Shown here: positions 19,509 to 29,795 of the stretch, piece by piece | How positions within the stretch are numbered: position 1 is the stretch's first letter | Layout: each line of letters opens with the position of its first letter | Source: an uncultured cyanobacterium | GTDB lineage: Bacteria; Cyanobacteriota; Vampirovibrionia; Gastranaerophilales; Gastranaerophilaceae | Length of the DNA: 64,000 nucleotides | Reading direction: 5' to 3' | NCBI GenBank assembly: GCA_902495705.1 | Contig: CABUXT010000008.1 | Span: forward strand, 2,247 to 66,246 | The notes under the pieces: generated by a model | The model's database searches: none | The model's input: the letters and a program-made list of their open reading frames with translations, nothing else | Told to the model about the DNA's origin: nothing | Position numbers and translations under genes: made by a program

Positions 19509-20403
19509 TTCTGAAAAAGATTTCGACATAAAAAGACTCACTACTTTCAAAATCGGCGGAAGAATAAAAGAAGTATTTTTTCCGCAAAGTTTGGAAGAAT
19601 TTGAGCAAATTTTGAAAAAAAATGAAGGTATCAAAGTCTTTGGTAATCTTTCAAACACCTTGATTTCATCTGATGGATATGATGGAAAAATTGTTTTGAC
19701 AACAAAAATGAATAATATCCGAATTGATGGAACAAAAGTTGTTGCAGATGCCGGTGTAAAAGGTCCGAAATTATCTCAAGAAGTTTGCAAAAACGGACTA
19801 TCAGGACTTGAATTTATGATAGGTTTCCCAGGGTCAATCGGTGGTGAAGTTTGTATGAACGCTTCAGCCAACAAACAAGCTATCAGCGACACTTTGACAT
19901 CTGTTATTTGTTATTCAAAAGACAAGGGACTTGTCAAATTCTCTAAAGATGAAATGAATTTTGCTTATCGCACATCACGTTGTCAGTGTGAAGATTTGAT
20001 AGTTCTACAAGCCGAGTTTGAACTTTCTAAAAAAGATAAAAATGAAATCCAATCACAAATGGAATTGAATTTAGATTTTAGAAAGGCACACCAACCGTCT
20101 TTAGCTCTTCCAAATTGCGGTAGTATTTTCAAAAATCCTCAAGGGGATTCGGCAGGCAGATTATTAGAAACTGTCGGAGCAAAAAAAATTTCAGTTGGCG
20201 GAGTGAAGGTTTGGGAAAATCATGCAAACTTTATTGTGAATAACAATGGCGGAACTTCACTGGATGTAATAACTTTGATGTATACAATGTACAAAAAAGT
20301 AAAAGAAAAATATAATATAGAATTAGAACCTGAAATAAGATTTTTGGGCGGAAATAATGAAAAGGAAAACGAATTATGCAATATACTGTACAAAACAAAA
20401 TAG
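19498..20403 (+). CDS. murB: UDP-N-acetylenolpyruvoylglucosamine reductase
   Basis: TTG start after AAGGAGAAGG. TTFKIGG FAD-binding N-terminus. Overlaps murC by 11 nt. Confidence 0.92.
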   Translation: MEINSEKDFDIKRLTTFKIGGRIKEVFFPQSLEEFEQILKKNEGIKVFGNLSNTLISSDGYDGKIVLTTKMNNIRIDGTKVVADAGVKGPKLSQEVCKNGLSGLEFMIGFPGSIGGEVCMNASANKQAISDTLTSVICYSKDKGLVKFSKDEMNFAYRTSRCQCEDLIVLQAEFELSKKDKNEIQSQMELNLDFRKAHQPSLALPNCGSIFKNPQGDSAGRLLETVGAKKISVGGVKVWENHANFIVNNNGGTSLDVITLMYTMYKKVKEKYNIELEPEIRFLGGNNEKENELCNILYKTK

Positions 20404-21332
20404 ATAGAAATGCAAAAATAGCCGTTCTTTGTGGCGGTATGTCATCTGAGGCAGAAGTTTCAAGACGTTCAGGTAAAAACTGTTTTGGAGCACTTCAAAG
20501 ACTTGGTTTTAAAAATGCAGAATTGGTTGAAGTTGATAAAAATATCGCTCAAAAACTTCAAGACGGCAAATATGATTACGCATACAACGCACTTCACGGT
20601 AAATATGGCGAAGATGGTTGTATTCAAGGTCTTTTAGAGATTTTACAAATTCCTTATTCAGGTTGCGGTGTTATGTCCTCTGCAATTTGTATGAATAAAG
20701 AATACACAAAAAGAATCCTTTCAACTCACTCAGAAATCCCTCTTGCAAAATCTGCTTTTGTAAGAAAAGGTGAAGATGTAATGGAAAAAACAAAGGATTT
20801 GAAATATCCAGTATTTACAAAACCTGTTTCAGAAGGTTCAAGTTTTGGTATGACAAAAGTAAATTCTAAAGAGGAATTACAAGCAGCTTATGATGAAGCA
20901 GTAAAATACAATGATGATGTTTTGATTGAAGAATTTATCAATGGTGTATTTGTAACTGTCGGAGTTTTGGAAAAAGATGGCAAAAACTTTGCTACAGAAA
21001 TTCTTGAAATTCGTCCGAAAAACGAATGGTATGACTACGAGGCAAAATATACTCCGGGGATGTCAGAATTTATTTTACCTGCAAATCTAAGCAAAGAATT
21101 GACTGAAAAAGTTAAACAAATCGCTGTTATGGCTCACGAAACAGCAGGCTGTAGAGGTGTTTCAAGGGTTGATTTTATGATTTCTGATGATGGAATCCCT
21201 TATGTAATCGAAATCAACACATCTCCGGGGATGACTGAAACAAGCGACCTTCCTGCACAGTCAAAAATTATGGGAATTGATTATGACACTTTGGTAGAAA
21301 TTATTTTAAGTGGAGCAGGTTTAAATAAATAA
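20376..21332 (+). CDS. ddl: D-alanine--D-alanine ligase
   Basis: GGMSSEAEVSRRSG N-terminus, ATP-grasp core, and EINTSPGMTETS C-terminal motif. Confidence 0.95.
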   Translation: MQYTVQNKIDRNAKIAVLCGGMSSEAEVSRRSGKNCFGALQRLGFKNAELVEVDKNIAQKLQDGKYDYAYNALHGKYGEDGCIQGLLEILQIPYSGCGVMSSAICMNKEYTKRILSTHSEIPLAKSAFVRKGEDVMEKTKDLKYPVFTKPVSEGSSFGMTKVNSKEELQAAYDEAVKYNDDVLIEEFINGVFVTVGVLEKDGKNFATEILEIRPKNEWYDYEAKYTPGMSEFILPANLSKELTEKVKQIAVMAHETAGCRGVSRVDFMISDDGIPYVIEINTSPGMTETSDLPAQSKIMGIDYDTLVEIILSGAGLNK

Positions 21333-22234
21333 TGACAGATTCTGAATTTGAAAAAACGAATCATAAAGAGCAGTACGAAGATTTGGCGGACTACCAAAAC
21401 GCCAAACGTATTGTAAAGCATAAACGAATTGAAAGAAAAATCAGAAAAAAACGTAAAAAAGTGAACAATCTGAAAGCTTTCATCCGTTTTATATTGCTTG
21501 TTGCAATTATTTTTGTGACTTATCATTTTTTCAAACTTTCAGGCTGGTATCTTCCAAAAGATACATTTAAAAATCCGACTTGCAAAAACTTGGAAATAGT
21601 GAACAACAAAATTATTCCGACTTACGTCATTAATAAGGAATTGTCAGACATTCCTGTCAGTCGTTTGCCGATATTTTTTACAAACATAAATCCGATAAAA
21701 AAAGAATTATACAAAATTCCTGTTATCAAAAATGTTTACATAAGACGATACGGATTTCCTGCAAGATTACAAATTATTGTGATGGAAAGAACTCCGATTG
21801 CAATTATCAAAACAGACCTCAACGCAAAACCTGCAGCATTTTTTACACTGGATGGTGTTTTGATTACCAATAAACACTATATGAATTTGGTCGATAACAG
21901 TTCGGTTTTGAAAATTTTGACAACTCCGCAAAGTTTGAAAAAAGATATTTCGGTAAAACGCGTGCTTGAAATTGAACAAATTGTCAAAGCGGTTGAAACT
22001 TATTCTAATGAAAAAGTTGAATATATTGATATGCGCAAACCAAACGATGTGTTTGTAAAAATCCAAACAACAAGCATCCGCCTAGGAACACTTGACAGTA
22101 CAGTATATGAACGTATCAAAAGAATTTACACAATCCTTCCTCAAATTACCAATGTGGACAGCCAAATTCAGTATATAGATTTGAGTTGGGATAAGGTAAA
22201 CTATTTGAAAATGAAAAAGCCTATAAAAAAATAA
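21332..22234 (+). CDS. ftsQ: cell division protein FtsQ/DivIB
   Basis: Basic N-terminus, one TM (FIRFILLVAIIFVTYHFF) and a POTRA-like region. TAATG overlap with ddl. Confidence 0.75.
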   Translation: MTDSEFEKTNHKEQYEDLADYQNAKRIVKHKRIERKIRKKRKKVNNLKAFIRFILLVAIIFVTYHFFKLSGWYLPKDTFKNPTCKNLEIVNNKIIPTYVINKELSDIPVSRLPIFFTNINPIKKELYKIPVIKNVYIRRYGFPARLQIIVMERTPIAIIKTDLNAKPAAFFTLDGVLITNKHYMNLVDNSSVLKILTTPQSLKKDISVKRVLEIEQIVKAVETYSNEKVEYIDMRKPNDVFVKIQTTSIRLGTLDSTVYERIKRIYTILPQITNVDSQIQYIDLSWDKVNYLKMKKPIKK

Positions 22235-22235
22235 A

Positions 22236-23117
22236 ATGAATTTCCAAGAGCGATACGAAAAAATCAAAGTTTGGGCAAAACCTGAACTTGAAATCATAGA
22301 AAAAAGCCTGACAAAAGATGTTCACACTCGTGAGCCGCTAAATTCTGCATTGAAAAACTTTTTAACCGCACCATCAAAGCGTATTCGCCCACTTTTGAGT
22401 ATTTTGTATTTGAAAGCGAACGAAGAAAATTTGAGTGATGAGCAACTGGAAATTTTGACCGTTATTGAACTTATCCACAATGCGTCTTTAATCCATGATG
22501 ATATTATTGATAATAGTGACATCAGACGTGGTATAAAAACGTTGTGCAAAGAGTTTGACAACAAACTTGCCGTAATTTCAGGCGATTATATTTTGGCAAT
22601 TGCGATGGAAAAACTTGCAGGAATAAATAATATACAGATTTTGCAAAAACTTTCTCAAACAATACGTCAAATGTGTTTGGGGGAAATTAACCAAAATTTT
22701 GACAGATTTAAAATCGGTACAATTGAAGACTATATCGAAAAAACGAAAAACAAAACCGCATATCTTTTTGAATCATCACTTGTTTGCAGTGCAATGTTGA
22801 GCAAGCAAAAACACGATTTGGACTCATTGGAAAACTTAGGAATTGACATAGGTATAGCGTTTCAAATTCGCGATGATATTATTAATATGGAAAAAATTGA
22901 TTCCTCAAAACCTTCAAATAATGATATCGAAGAAGGAATTTTCAACGCTCCGATTATACTGGGGGACAAGTCTGATAACTATCACAGCGGTATTGAAAAA
23001 ACGAAAGTTTTGTTGAATAATTATATCAAAAGTGCGAAAAATAAAATAAAAATATTGCCTGATAATATTTACAAATCCGCACTGGAAGAGTTTTTGGAGC
23101 TTTTAAGTAATGTTTAA
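22236..23117 (+). CDS. polyprenyl diphosphate synthase
   Basis: First Asp-rich motif LIHDDIID and second FQIRDDIIN. Confidence 0.88.
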   Translation: MNFQERYEKIKVWAKPELEIIEKSLTKDVHTREPLNSALKNFLTAPSKRIRPLLSILYLKANEENLSDEQLEILTVIELIHNASLIHDDIIDNSDIRRGIKTLCKEFDNKLAVISGDYILAIAMEKLAGINNIQILQKLSQTIRQMCLGEINQNFDRFKIGTIEDYIEKTKNKTAYLFESSLVCSAMLSKQKHDLDSLENLGIDIGIAFQIRDDIINMEKIDSSKPSNNDIEEGIFNAPIILGDKSDNYHSGIEKTKVLLNNYIKSAKNKIKILPDNIYKSALEEFLELLSNV

Positions 23118-23910
23118 TATATTCAAATCATGGGAAAATTTTAAAGCAAGACAAAGAGAAAACAGACAAGCTGCTTGGATGAATTTTAAGGCAAAATTGC
23201 CTGAAAAAACTCAACATTCTCTTGACAAATTTGAAGAATGGTACAAAAACTACAAAGAATCAGCCCTTTGCGAAATCATTGAGACCGTTGTATTTGTTCT
23301 TGTGATGGTGATTTTGATTAGATTTTTTGTCGTAGAAATCCGCTGGATTCCGTCAGGTTCAATGAAACCGACACTTATTGAAGGCGATAGAATTGTTGTT
23401 GAAAGATTTTCAAGATTTTTTAAAGCTCCTGACAGAGGGGATATTATGGTATTTTATCCACCATCAACAGAACTTTCAAGAAAACCTCTTCCATTGTTAT
23501 CACGCTTGACAGGAATTTTATGCAAAGATGTTGCCTATATCAAAAGAGTTGTCGGAGTTCCGGGGGATGAAATAGAATTAAGACAACAAAAAAACGGCAC
23601 TGCATATATTTACATCAACGGCAAAAAATACGAAGAAGACTATATCAAAAGTCCTTATGAGTACCCACCATGCCCAGACAAAAATATGAGTATTTTAGAA
23701 CTTGCAAATGAACAAGTTATGAAATGCGGACCGTTTAAACTTGGTGATGATGAATACTTTATGATGGGTGACAACCGCGGTAGTTCATTTGACAGCAGAT
23801 ATTGGGGCACACTAAAACGCGACAGATTTGTTGGTCGTGCAGTTACCGTATTCTGGCCAATCAATCGAGTTAAAATTTTGCCAAAACTAAAACATACATC
23901 AGTTGATTAG
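23110..23910 (+). CDS. lepB: signal peptidase I
   Basis: SGSMKPTL (catalytic Ser box), IKRVVGVPGD, and GDNRGSSFDSRYWG box E. Confidence 0.93.
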   Translation: MFNIFKSWENFKARQRENRQAAWMNFKAKLPEKTQHSLDKFEEWYKNYKESALCEIIETVVFVLVMVILIRFFVVEIRWIPSGSMKPTLIEGDRIVVERFSRFFKAPDRGDIMVFYPPSTELSRKPLPLLSRLTGILCKDVAYIKRVVGVPGDEIELRQQKNGTAYIYINGKKYEEDYIKSPYEYPPCPDKNMSILELANEQVMKCGPFKLGDDEYFMMGDNRGSSFDSRYWGTLKRDRFVGRAVTVFWPINRVKILPKLKHTSVD

Positions 23911-23916
23911 TTTATA

Positions 23917-24303
23917 TTACATAAAGTGGTAAAATTTCATATAGTTTGACATAATGTCAGAGCTGACACCGTTTGCAACATTTGCTTTGACAACTTGTTC
24001 GTGGTCTTGTGATGTTTTGTTGTCGACTTTTGACGCCTCATCATTTTGCGGTCTGATTTCTTGCTGTTTTTGCGCCTCTTGAACCTGCTCAATGTAATTT
24101 TCGATTTTTGCCATCACTTCGGAGTGGAGTTTTACATCACCGTCAAAAGTTCCTGTTGACTGGATTCCTGCGGTGTCAAAATCTTCAAGGATTTGTTCCC
24201 ATTGAGAATAATTAGTGATATTTGAACCTTGCGCTTGCGCTGCAGCTTGAGCCCTGCGCAACTCGTCAATTGACTTGATATCTTCTACATTATCCATAGC
24301 CAT
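23917..24303 (-). CDS. acidic Gln-rich hypothetical protein
   Basis: 128-aa ORF with a strong AAGGAGAG SD 6 nt upstream. No motif recognised. Confidence 0.6.
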   Translation of the reverse strand: MAMDNVEDIKSIDELRRAQAAAQAQGSNITNYSQWEQILEDFDTAGIQSTGTFDGDVKLHSEVMAKIENYIEQVQEAQKQQEIRPQNDEASKVDNKTSQDHEQVVKANVANGVSSDIMSNYMKFYHFM

Positions 24304-24400
24304 AGCAAACTCTCCTTATATCTTTCTTATACACATATAAAAAATTTTTAAAACAAGTTTTTTCACAATTCAAAATTTCTGTAACATGTGTTAATAAATG

Positions 24401-24695
24401 GAACTCCAGAGGGCTAGAGGTCAAGATGGCAAGAGGGCGGGCATTTTAATGTCATTCCGAACGTGTTTCAGAATCTAAAATTGAACATACGGGTCATTGT
24501 CACCCTGAACAGCAGGAGCAGAGTGCGAAACGAAGTGGAGTCACGTTTTACGCGACTGCGTAGATTCAGGGTCTATCCATTTGATTAAAAAATAATGCAA
24601 AGAGGTCAAACTTTTAAAGCAACATTGATAGATTCTGAATAGGATAAAATCTAAGCCAAGCAAGTTGGCAAGATTTTTAATCCTTTCAGAATGAC
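24401..24695. repeat. repeat cluster 2 (G-rich terminus + G-type hairpin + module A + linker + module B reversed)
   Basis: Contains GGCAAGAGGGCGGGCATTTTAA, GTCATTCCGAAC..., module A at 24499..24573 and module B at 24616..24695. All recur elsewhere in the window. Confidence 0.85.
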
Positions 24696-24730
24696 AGAAC
24701 CTTGTTGTTTAATTCTGATGTTGCTATACA

Positions 24731-24770
24731 ACAAACAGCACCTTGGGAATGTTCCCAAGGTGTTGTTTGT
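24731..24770 (-). terminator. long hairpin downstream of the PPIase gene
   Basis: ACAAACAGCACCTTGGGAA-tg-TTCCCAAGGTGTTGTTTGT. A/T-rich flanks on both sides. Confidence 0.6.
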
Positions 24771-24783
24771 CAAATTTTTTTAA

Positions 24784-25929
24784 TTATTTTTTCTTTTGGT
24801 CTTTCATTGTAGCTTCTCTAACTTTGCTTGCTTGACCGCCGGTTACATCATCTACTTGTTTTGAAAGTTTCTTTTGAATATTTTCAGGATTGTATCTGTC
24901 ATCCATATATTCAATTTTTGCTTTTTTCTTAGCAGATGCCGTCAAATCATCAAGAGCTTTGATTTGTTTTTCAGTTCTCAAGTAATCTTTGATACCTGAT
25001 TTAGCTTTTTCAAATGGGGTAATACCTGCAGCTCTTCTATCTGTAACATAAATGATATGGTAACCGAATTGAGTTTTTACAACGTCAGAAATTGTATCAG
25101 GTTTTGCTTTGAATGCAACATCAGAAAATTCAGGAACCATTTGTTCTTTAGCGAAGAAACCTAAGTCACCGCCTTGTTTTGCACTATTTGGGTCACCTGA
25201 GTATTTTTTAACATATTCAGTGAATTTTGATTTATCAGCTTTCAATTCTTTGTCTAATTTTTCAGCCAATTCTTTTTTCTCAGCCATTTGTTTTTCTACA
25301 GCAGCTTTGATTTCATCTTCTGACATTTTTTTATTTTTTGCAGTCAATTCTTCTTGAATTTGGTAAGCATTAGCAGCAATCAAGATGTGAGATGCTCTAA
25401 CCATATCAGGATTTTTGAATTTTGCAGGGTTCTTTTTGTAGAAGTTTTCGCAATCTTTGTCTGTAATGTTGATTTTGCCAACAGAATCAGCAAGTTTTTG
25501 CATTTTTACTTGGTTTTTCAAATCAGCTTTGAAATCGCTTACGCTGATACCGTTATTTCTCAATGTTTCCATAAGCTGTTCTTTTCCGCCCATTTGGTCC
25601 ATAACTTTTTTCAAAGCAGCGTTTACATCTTGGCTTGTAACCTTGATACCGCGTTCTTCAGCTTCTTGGTTCAAAAGTTCTTGGATAATCAATTGATTAA
25701 CAACTCTTTGTTCCATCATTAAATATAAGAAACCGTCTTTGTTGCCTTTTAAATCGCCCATTTTGCCAAATGGAGATTGAGCAATACTTTGGTCCATCAT
25801 TTTGTCATATTCAGCTTGAGTAATTGCTTTATCGTTGATTTTGATGATTGCATTTTGGTCTTTGATACCGCAACCTGTGAATAACACCGCAGATAATGCG
25901 ATTGTAGCCAATAATTTTGATACTTTCAT
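24784..25929 (-). CDS. parvulin-type peptidyl-prolyl isomerase, probable lipoprotein (PrsA/SurA-like)
   Basis: Signal peptide ending LFTGCG. Parvulin core RASHILI...GGDLGFF...FGYHIIYV. Confidence 0.88.
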   Translation of the reverse strand: MKVSKLLATIALSAVLFTGCGIKDQNAIIKINDKAITQAEYDKMMDQSIAQSPFGKMGDLKGNKDGFLYLMMEQRVVNQLIIQELLNQEAEERGIKVTSQDVNAALKKVMDQMGGKEQLMETLRNNGISVSDFKADLKNQVKMQKLADSVGKINITDKDCENFYKKNPAKFKNPDMVRASHILIAANAYQIQEELTAKNKKMSEDEIKAAVEKQMAEKKELAEKLDKELKADKSKFTEYVKKYSGDPNSAKQGGDLGFFAKEQMVPEFSDVAFKAKPDTISDVVKTQFGYHIIYVTDRRAAGITPFEKAKSGIKDYLRTEKQIKALDDLTASAKKKAKIEYMDDRYNPENIQKKLSKQVDDVTGGQASKVREATMKDQKKK

Positions 25930-25950
25930 TAATATCCCTCTTTCTTCTTA

Positions 25951-28900
25951 TTAATACTCATGACTAACTTTGTATATATAATAAAACAAATCTGTCAAAA
26001 TGTTAAATACTTCATTAAAATTTACATACGATGTATCTAAAATCAGTATTGACGCGCCTTCTTGGCATGTTTTAGGTGCAATTGTAAATTTGATTTTTTT
26101 AGAAATATTGTGTGGCAGTGCGTGCTGAATTATATTCCACTCAGGTTTTGAATAAGGTGTGTAAATCCTTATGCAGTCTTGAACTTCTCGAATTGCGGAG
26201 ATTTTTACTTCTGTTGCACTAAGTCGTAATCTGATTAATTTTATCAGATTTTCAACACATTCAGGCGGTTTTGCAAATCTGTCCGTCCATTCTTCTACAA
26301 TATAATCTAACTCTGTTGAAGATTTTACATCCGCAAGTCGTTTATACTCTATCATTTTTTGCTCGGCAGACCCAACCCATTCGTCAGGAATGTACGCCGT
26401 TACGTTGATGTCGACAATTGTCGGAGTAGTCTTGTCGATTTTTTCACCTTGAAGTTCTTTTACTGTTTCCTCGAGCAAGTCACAATATGTATCAAAACCG
26501 ACATTTATCATGTGTCCATGTTGTTTTGTACCCAAGATATTGCCGACACCACGAATTTCTACATCTCTCAGCGCAATTTGATAACCGCTGCCAAGGGTTG
26601 TAAATTCTTTAATTGCTTTTAGCCTGTGGACAGCATCTGTTGTCATTTCTTTAGATTTTTTGTAGAAACAATAGCAGTATGCTTGCCTTTGCGAACGTCC
26701 TACTCTTCCGCGCAGTTGGTAAAGCTGTGCAAGTCCGAACCTATCCGCATCGTGGATTATCATTGTGTTTGCATTTGGAATGTCGATACCGTTTTCAATA
26801 ATTGTTGTAGCAAGCAAAATATCATATTCGTGGTTAGAAAAATCAATGATAACTTCTTCTAACTCTTTTTCATCCATTTGCCCATGACCGATTGCTATTC
26901 GCGCATTTGGAACAATTTTTTGAAGTTGAGTTTTGAACTCTTGAATCGTTTCTACCCTGTTATAAAGATAAAAAACTTGCCCCTCTCTATCAAGTTCATG
27001 GTTAATTGCGTTTTTAACCATGTTTTCGTTCCACTCACCGACATAAGTTTTAATTGGCAGTCTGTTTTTGGGTGGAGTATTAATTACGGACATATCCTTT
27101 ATGCCTGACAATGACATATAAAGCGTTCGCGGAATTGGAGTTGCGGACATTGAAAGAATGTCGATATTTTCTCGCAGTTGTTTTAATTTTTCTTTGTGAC
27201 GAACTCCAAATCTGTGCTCCTCATCAATTACAAGCAAGCCTAAATCCTTGAAAACAATTCCGTCTTGCAAAAGTCTATGAGTGCCAACAACAACGTCACA
27301 GTGCCCTGTTGCAAGGTTTTTGATTGTTTCTTTTTGTTCTTTTTTCGTTCTGAATCTTGATAAAAGTTCGACTCCGACACCAAATGGCTTAAATCTTTCA
27401 GAAATCGTTTGGTAATGTTGAAGTGCTAAAATTGTTGTCGGAACAACGACAGCGACTTGTTTTCCTGATGTTACTGCTTTAAATATCGCACGCATTGCAA
27501 CTTCGGTTTTTCCAAATCCGACATCTCCACAAATAAGCCTGTCCATAGGCTGTTCAGACTCCATATCAGCTTTTACTTGCGAAATTGCCTTTAATTGGTC
27601 AGGAGTTTCAACGTATTCAAACGCCTCTTCCATCTCGATTTGCCAAGTTGTATCAGGTAGAAATTGAATCCCTTGTTGCATTTTACGCCTTGCATACAGC
27701 CTCAATAAGTCATAGGCAACAACTTCAACCTCTTTTTTTACTTTCGCTTTGGTGTTTTCCCAATCTCGACCACCCATTTTAGAAAGTTTTGGCTTGATGT
27801 TACCTGTTCCGCGATATCGGCACAAAAGGTTGATTTGTTCTGCAGGAATGTGCAGGCGGTCTTTGTTTGCATATTCAATCGTCAAATAATCCTTTAACTG
27901 ACCGTCAATTTCTTGCTTAGATAACCCTTTGTAAATCCCAAGACCGTGAATTGTATGGACTACATACTCACCTGCTTTGATATCGTTAATATTTTCGATA
28001 TATTCAGGTTTTTCTTTGTAATAAGATTTTTTAGTTGAAGTGACTTCTTTTGAACGCTTGTTAAACAGTTCGCGGTCAGTCATTATGATGGTTTTGAAAT
28101 CTTCAAGGATACAACCGCCGAGGATAATACTTTCCGCAAATTCAGGGAAAAATATTTCTTTCTCTTTCAAAATTTCTTTTACACGCTCAGGATAGTCGGT
28201 TGCAATAATTATATTGTAATTTTTGTGCTCAGTTATAAAATTTGTGATTAAATCGAGATTAGCCTCGAAGCTGCGCAACGGTTGAGAATCAAACTCGATT
28301 AAATCCCCCATGTGTCCGTCAATAAAATTGTTGAATCCGATTTTTTCAAAATAGGAAGTTTTGCGCATAAATTCTTCGTAGGTAAAATGATTTTTGCCTT
28401 CGATTTTTTTAATTAGCCCAAGTTTGAGATTTTCTTCAAGTTGTTTTTCAAAGTTTTCGTCGACAAATTCGTATTTTGAAAAGATTTCAGAAGTTTCATC
28501 AAAAACAATTATGTAATCGTCAAAATAGTCAAAAATGCTGACTAAATCAGGGTTAAAATAGTTTTGATAAACCTCAATTCCTTCAAAATAAGATTCATCA
28601 GGCACAAAATCTTCATTATCTTCAATGATTTCTTTTTGCAAATCTTGGAGGAGTTTTTCTTTGCCTTTCAGAGTGAATTTGTATATTGGCAAAATCTCAA
28701 CCGATTTTGTTTTCTCGATTGATTTTTGGGTTTCGTTGTTGAAATACCTGATATCAACAACTTCATCCCCCCATAGCTCGATTCTGACAGGGTTTCCGTC
28801 AAGTGAAAAAATATCTGCAATATCTCCGCGGATGCTAAATTCTGAGGTGTCGTTGACCATTGTGGCTTTTTTGTAGCCAAGTGCGATGAGTTGTTGGGCT

Positions 28901-29337
28901 AATTTTTTCAAATCTATACTGTCGCCGACTTTTATTTTTAATTTATTTTTTTTGAAAAATTCTTCGGTCGGAAATTTTTCTAAAATTGATTTAACAGGGC
29001 AAATAACGATATTTGGCTTGGTGTTTAGGATTTTTAATTGTTGAGTGTAGTCGTAAAGATTTGGCGAAATCGTTTCATACATTGAAATATTTTGAAACGG
29101 CATAACTTCCGCATTGACATCAAACGCCGAAACCAAGTCACTTTGGTATTTTAGAGCATTTTGTTCGGTAGAGGTGATGAATAAGATTTTTTTCGTCGAG
29201 TATTCTTTTATTTTTGTTAGCAAAAACAATCTCAAAATAGACGTCAAACCGGTAACGGCAAAAGTTTTCCCTTGTTTGACTTTTGCTCTAAAGTCTTCAT
29301 AACTTTCCGAAATGTCGTCCGTGCTTATCCTAAACAT
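25951..29337 (-). CDS. mfd: transcription-repair coupling factor
   Basis: GDVGFGKTEVA Walker A, DEEHRFGV, SATPIPRTL, and TRG/CarD-like regions. Start set at the ATG at 29337 because the track's extra 21 codons run into a repeat module. Confidence 0.96.
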   Translation of the reverse strand: MFRISTDDISESYEDFRAKVKQGKTFAVTGLTSILRLFLLTKIKEYSTKKILFITSTEQNALKYQSDLVSAFDVNAEVMPFQNISMYETISPNLYDYTQQLKILNTKPNIVICPVKSILEKFPTEEFFKKNKLKIKVGDSIDLKKLAQQLIALGYKKATMVNDTSEFSIRGDIADIFSLDGNPVRIELWGDEVVDIRYFNNETQKSIEKTKSVEILPIYKFTLKGKEKLLQDLQKEIIEDNEDFVPDESYFEGIEVYQNYFNPDLVSIFDYFDDYIIVFDETSEIFSKYEFVDENFEKQLEENLKLGLIKKIEGKNHFTYEEFMRKTSYFEKIGFNNFIDGHMGDLIEFDSQPLRSFEANLDLITNFITEHKNYNIIIATDYPERVKEILKEKEIFFPEFAESIILGGCILEDFKTIIMTDRELFNKRSKEVTSTKKSYYKEKPEYIENINDIKAGEYVVHTIHGLGIYKGLSKQEIDGQLKDYLTIEYANKDRLHIPAEQINLLCRYRGTGNIKPKLSKMGGRDWENTKAKVKKEVEVVAYDLLRLYARRKMQQGIQFLPDTTWQIEMEEAFEYVETPDQLKAISQVKADMESEQPMDRLICGDVGFGKTEVAMRAIFKAVTSGKQVAVVVPTTILALQHYQTISERFKPFGVGVELLSRFRTKKEQKETIKNLATGHCDVVVGTHRLLQDGIVFKDLGLLVIDEEHRFGVRHKEKLKQLRENIDILSMSATPIPRTLYMSLSGIKDMSVINTPPKNRLPIKTYVGEWNENMVKNAINHELDREGQVFYLYNRVETIQEFKTQLQKIVPNARIAIGHGQMDEKELEEVIIDFSNHEYDILLATTIIENGIDIPNANTMIIHDADRFGLAQLYQLRGRVGRSQRQAYCYCFYKKSKEMTTDAVHRLKAIKEFTTLGSGYQIALRDVEIRGVGNILGTKQHGHMINVGFDTYCDLLEETVKELQGEKIDKTTPTIVDINVTAYIPDEWVGSAEQKMIEYKRLADVKSSTELDYIVEEWTDRFAKPPECVENLIKLIRLRLSATEVKISAIREVQDCIRIYTPYSKPEWNIIQHALPHNISKKIKFTIAPKTCQEGASILILDTSYVNFNEVFNILTDLFYYIYKVSHEY

Positions 29338-29374
29338 ACCAAGATTATAGCGTAAATTTTCACCATGGTAAAGC

Positions 29375-29795
29375 CAGAAAGTTAGAAGGCAGGATGTCAT
29401 GAGGTCAGGCTTTTTTATGTTATTCGGAATCTCTAATTGAACAAAAAGGTCTATGTCACCCTGAACTTTACAAAGCGAACCGTTGAGCTAGAGCGAAACG
29501 AGTGAGCTTGTATGTGGGCGCAGGCTGAGCTGATTCAGGGTCTAAAATCGTCCCCATGGGTCAATGTCATTCTGAACTTGTTTCAGAATCTCTAATAAAA
29601 CAAATTATTCTAATGCAAAATTTGTAATATTTGAGACCCTGAAACAAGTTCAGGGTGACAATTAGAGTAAAATCAGCATTGATAGATTCTGAATAGGATA
29701 AAATCTACGTCGCTACGCAACTTGATTTTTAATCCTTTCAGAATGACAAAAAATGACATCAAACAAGCCTGCCCACCGAACTTCCAGCCCTCTGC
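29375..29795. repeat. repeat cluster 3: composite element bounded by inverted purine-rich termini (MITE-like)
   Basis: Left end AGAAGGCAGGATGTCATGAGGTCAGGCTTTTTT. Right end AAACAAGCCTGCCCACCGAACTTCCAGCCCTCTGCC is its approximate reverse complement. Inside are an A-like hairpin, module F reversed (29566..29659) and module B reversed (29669..29747). Confidence 0.8.
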
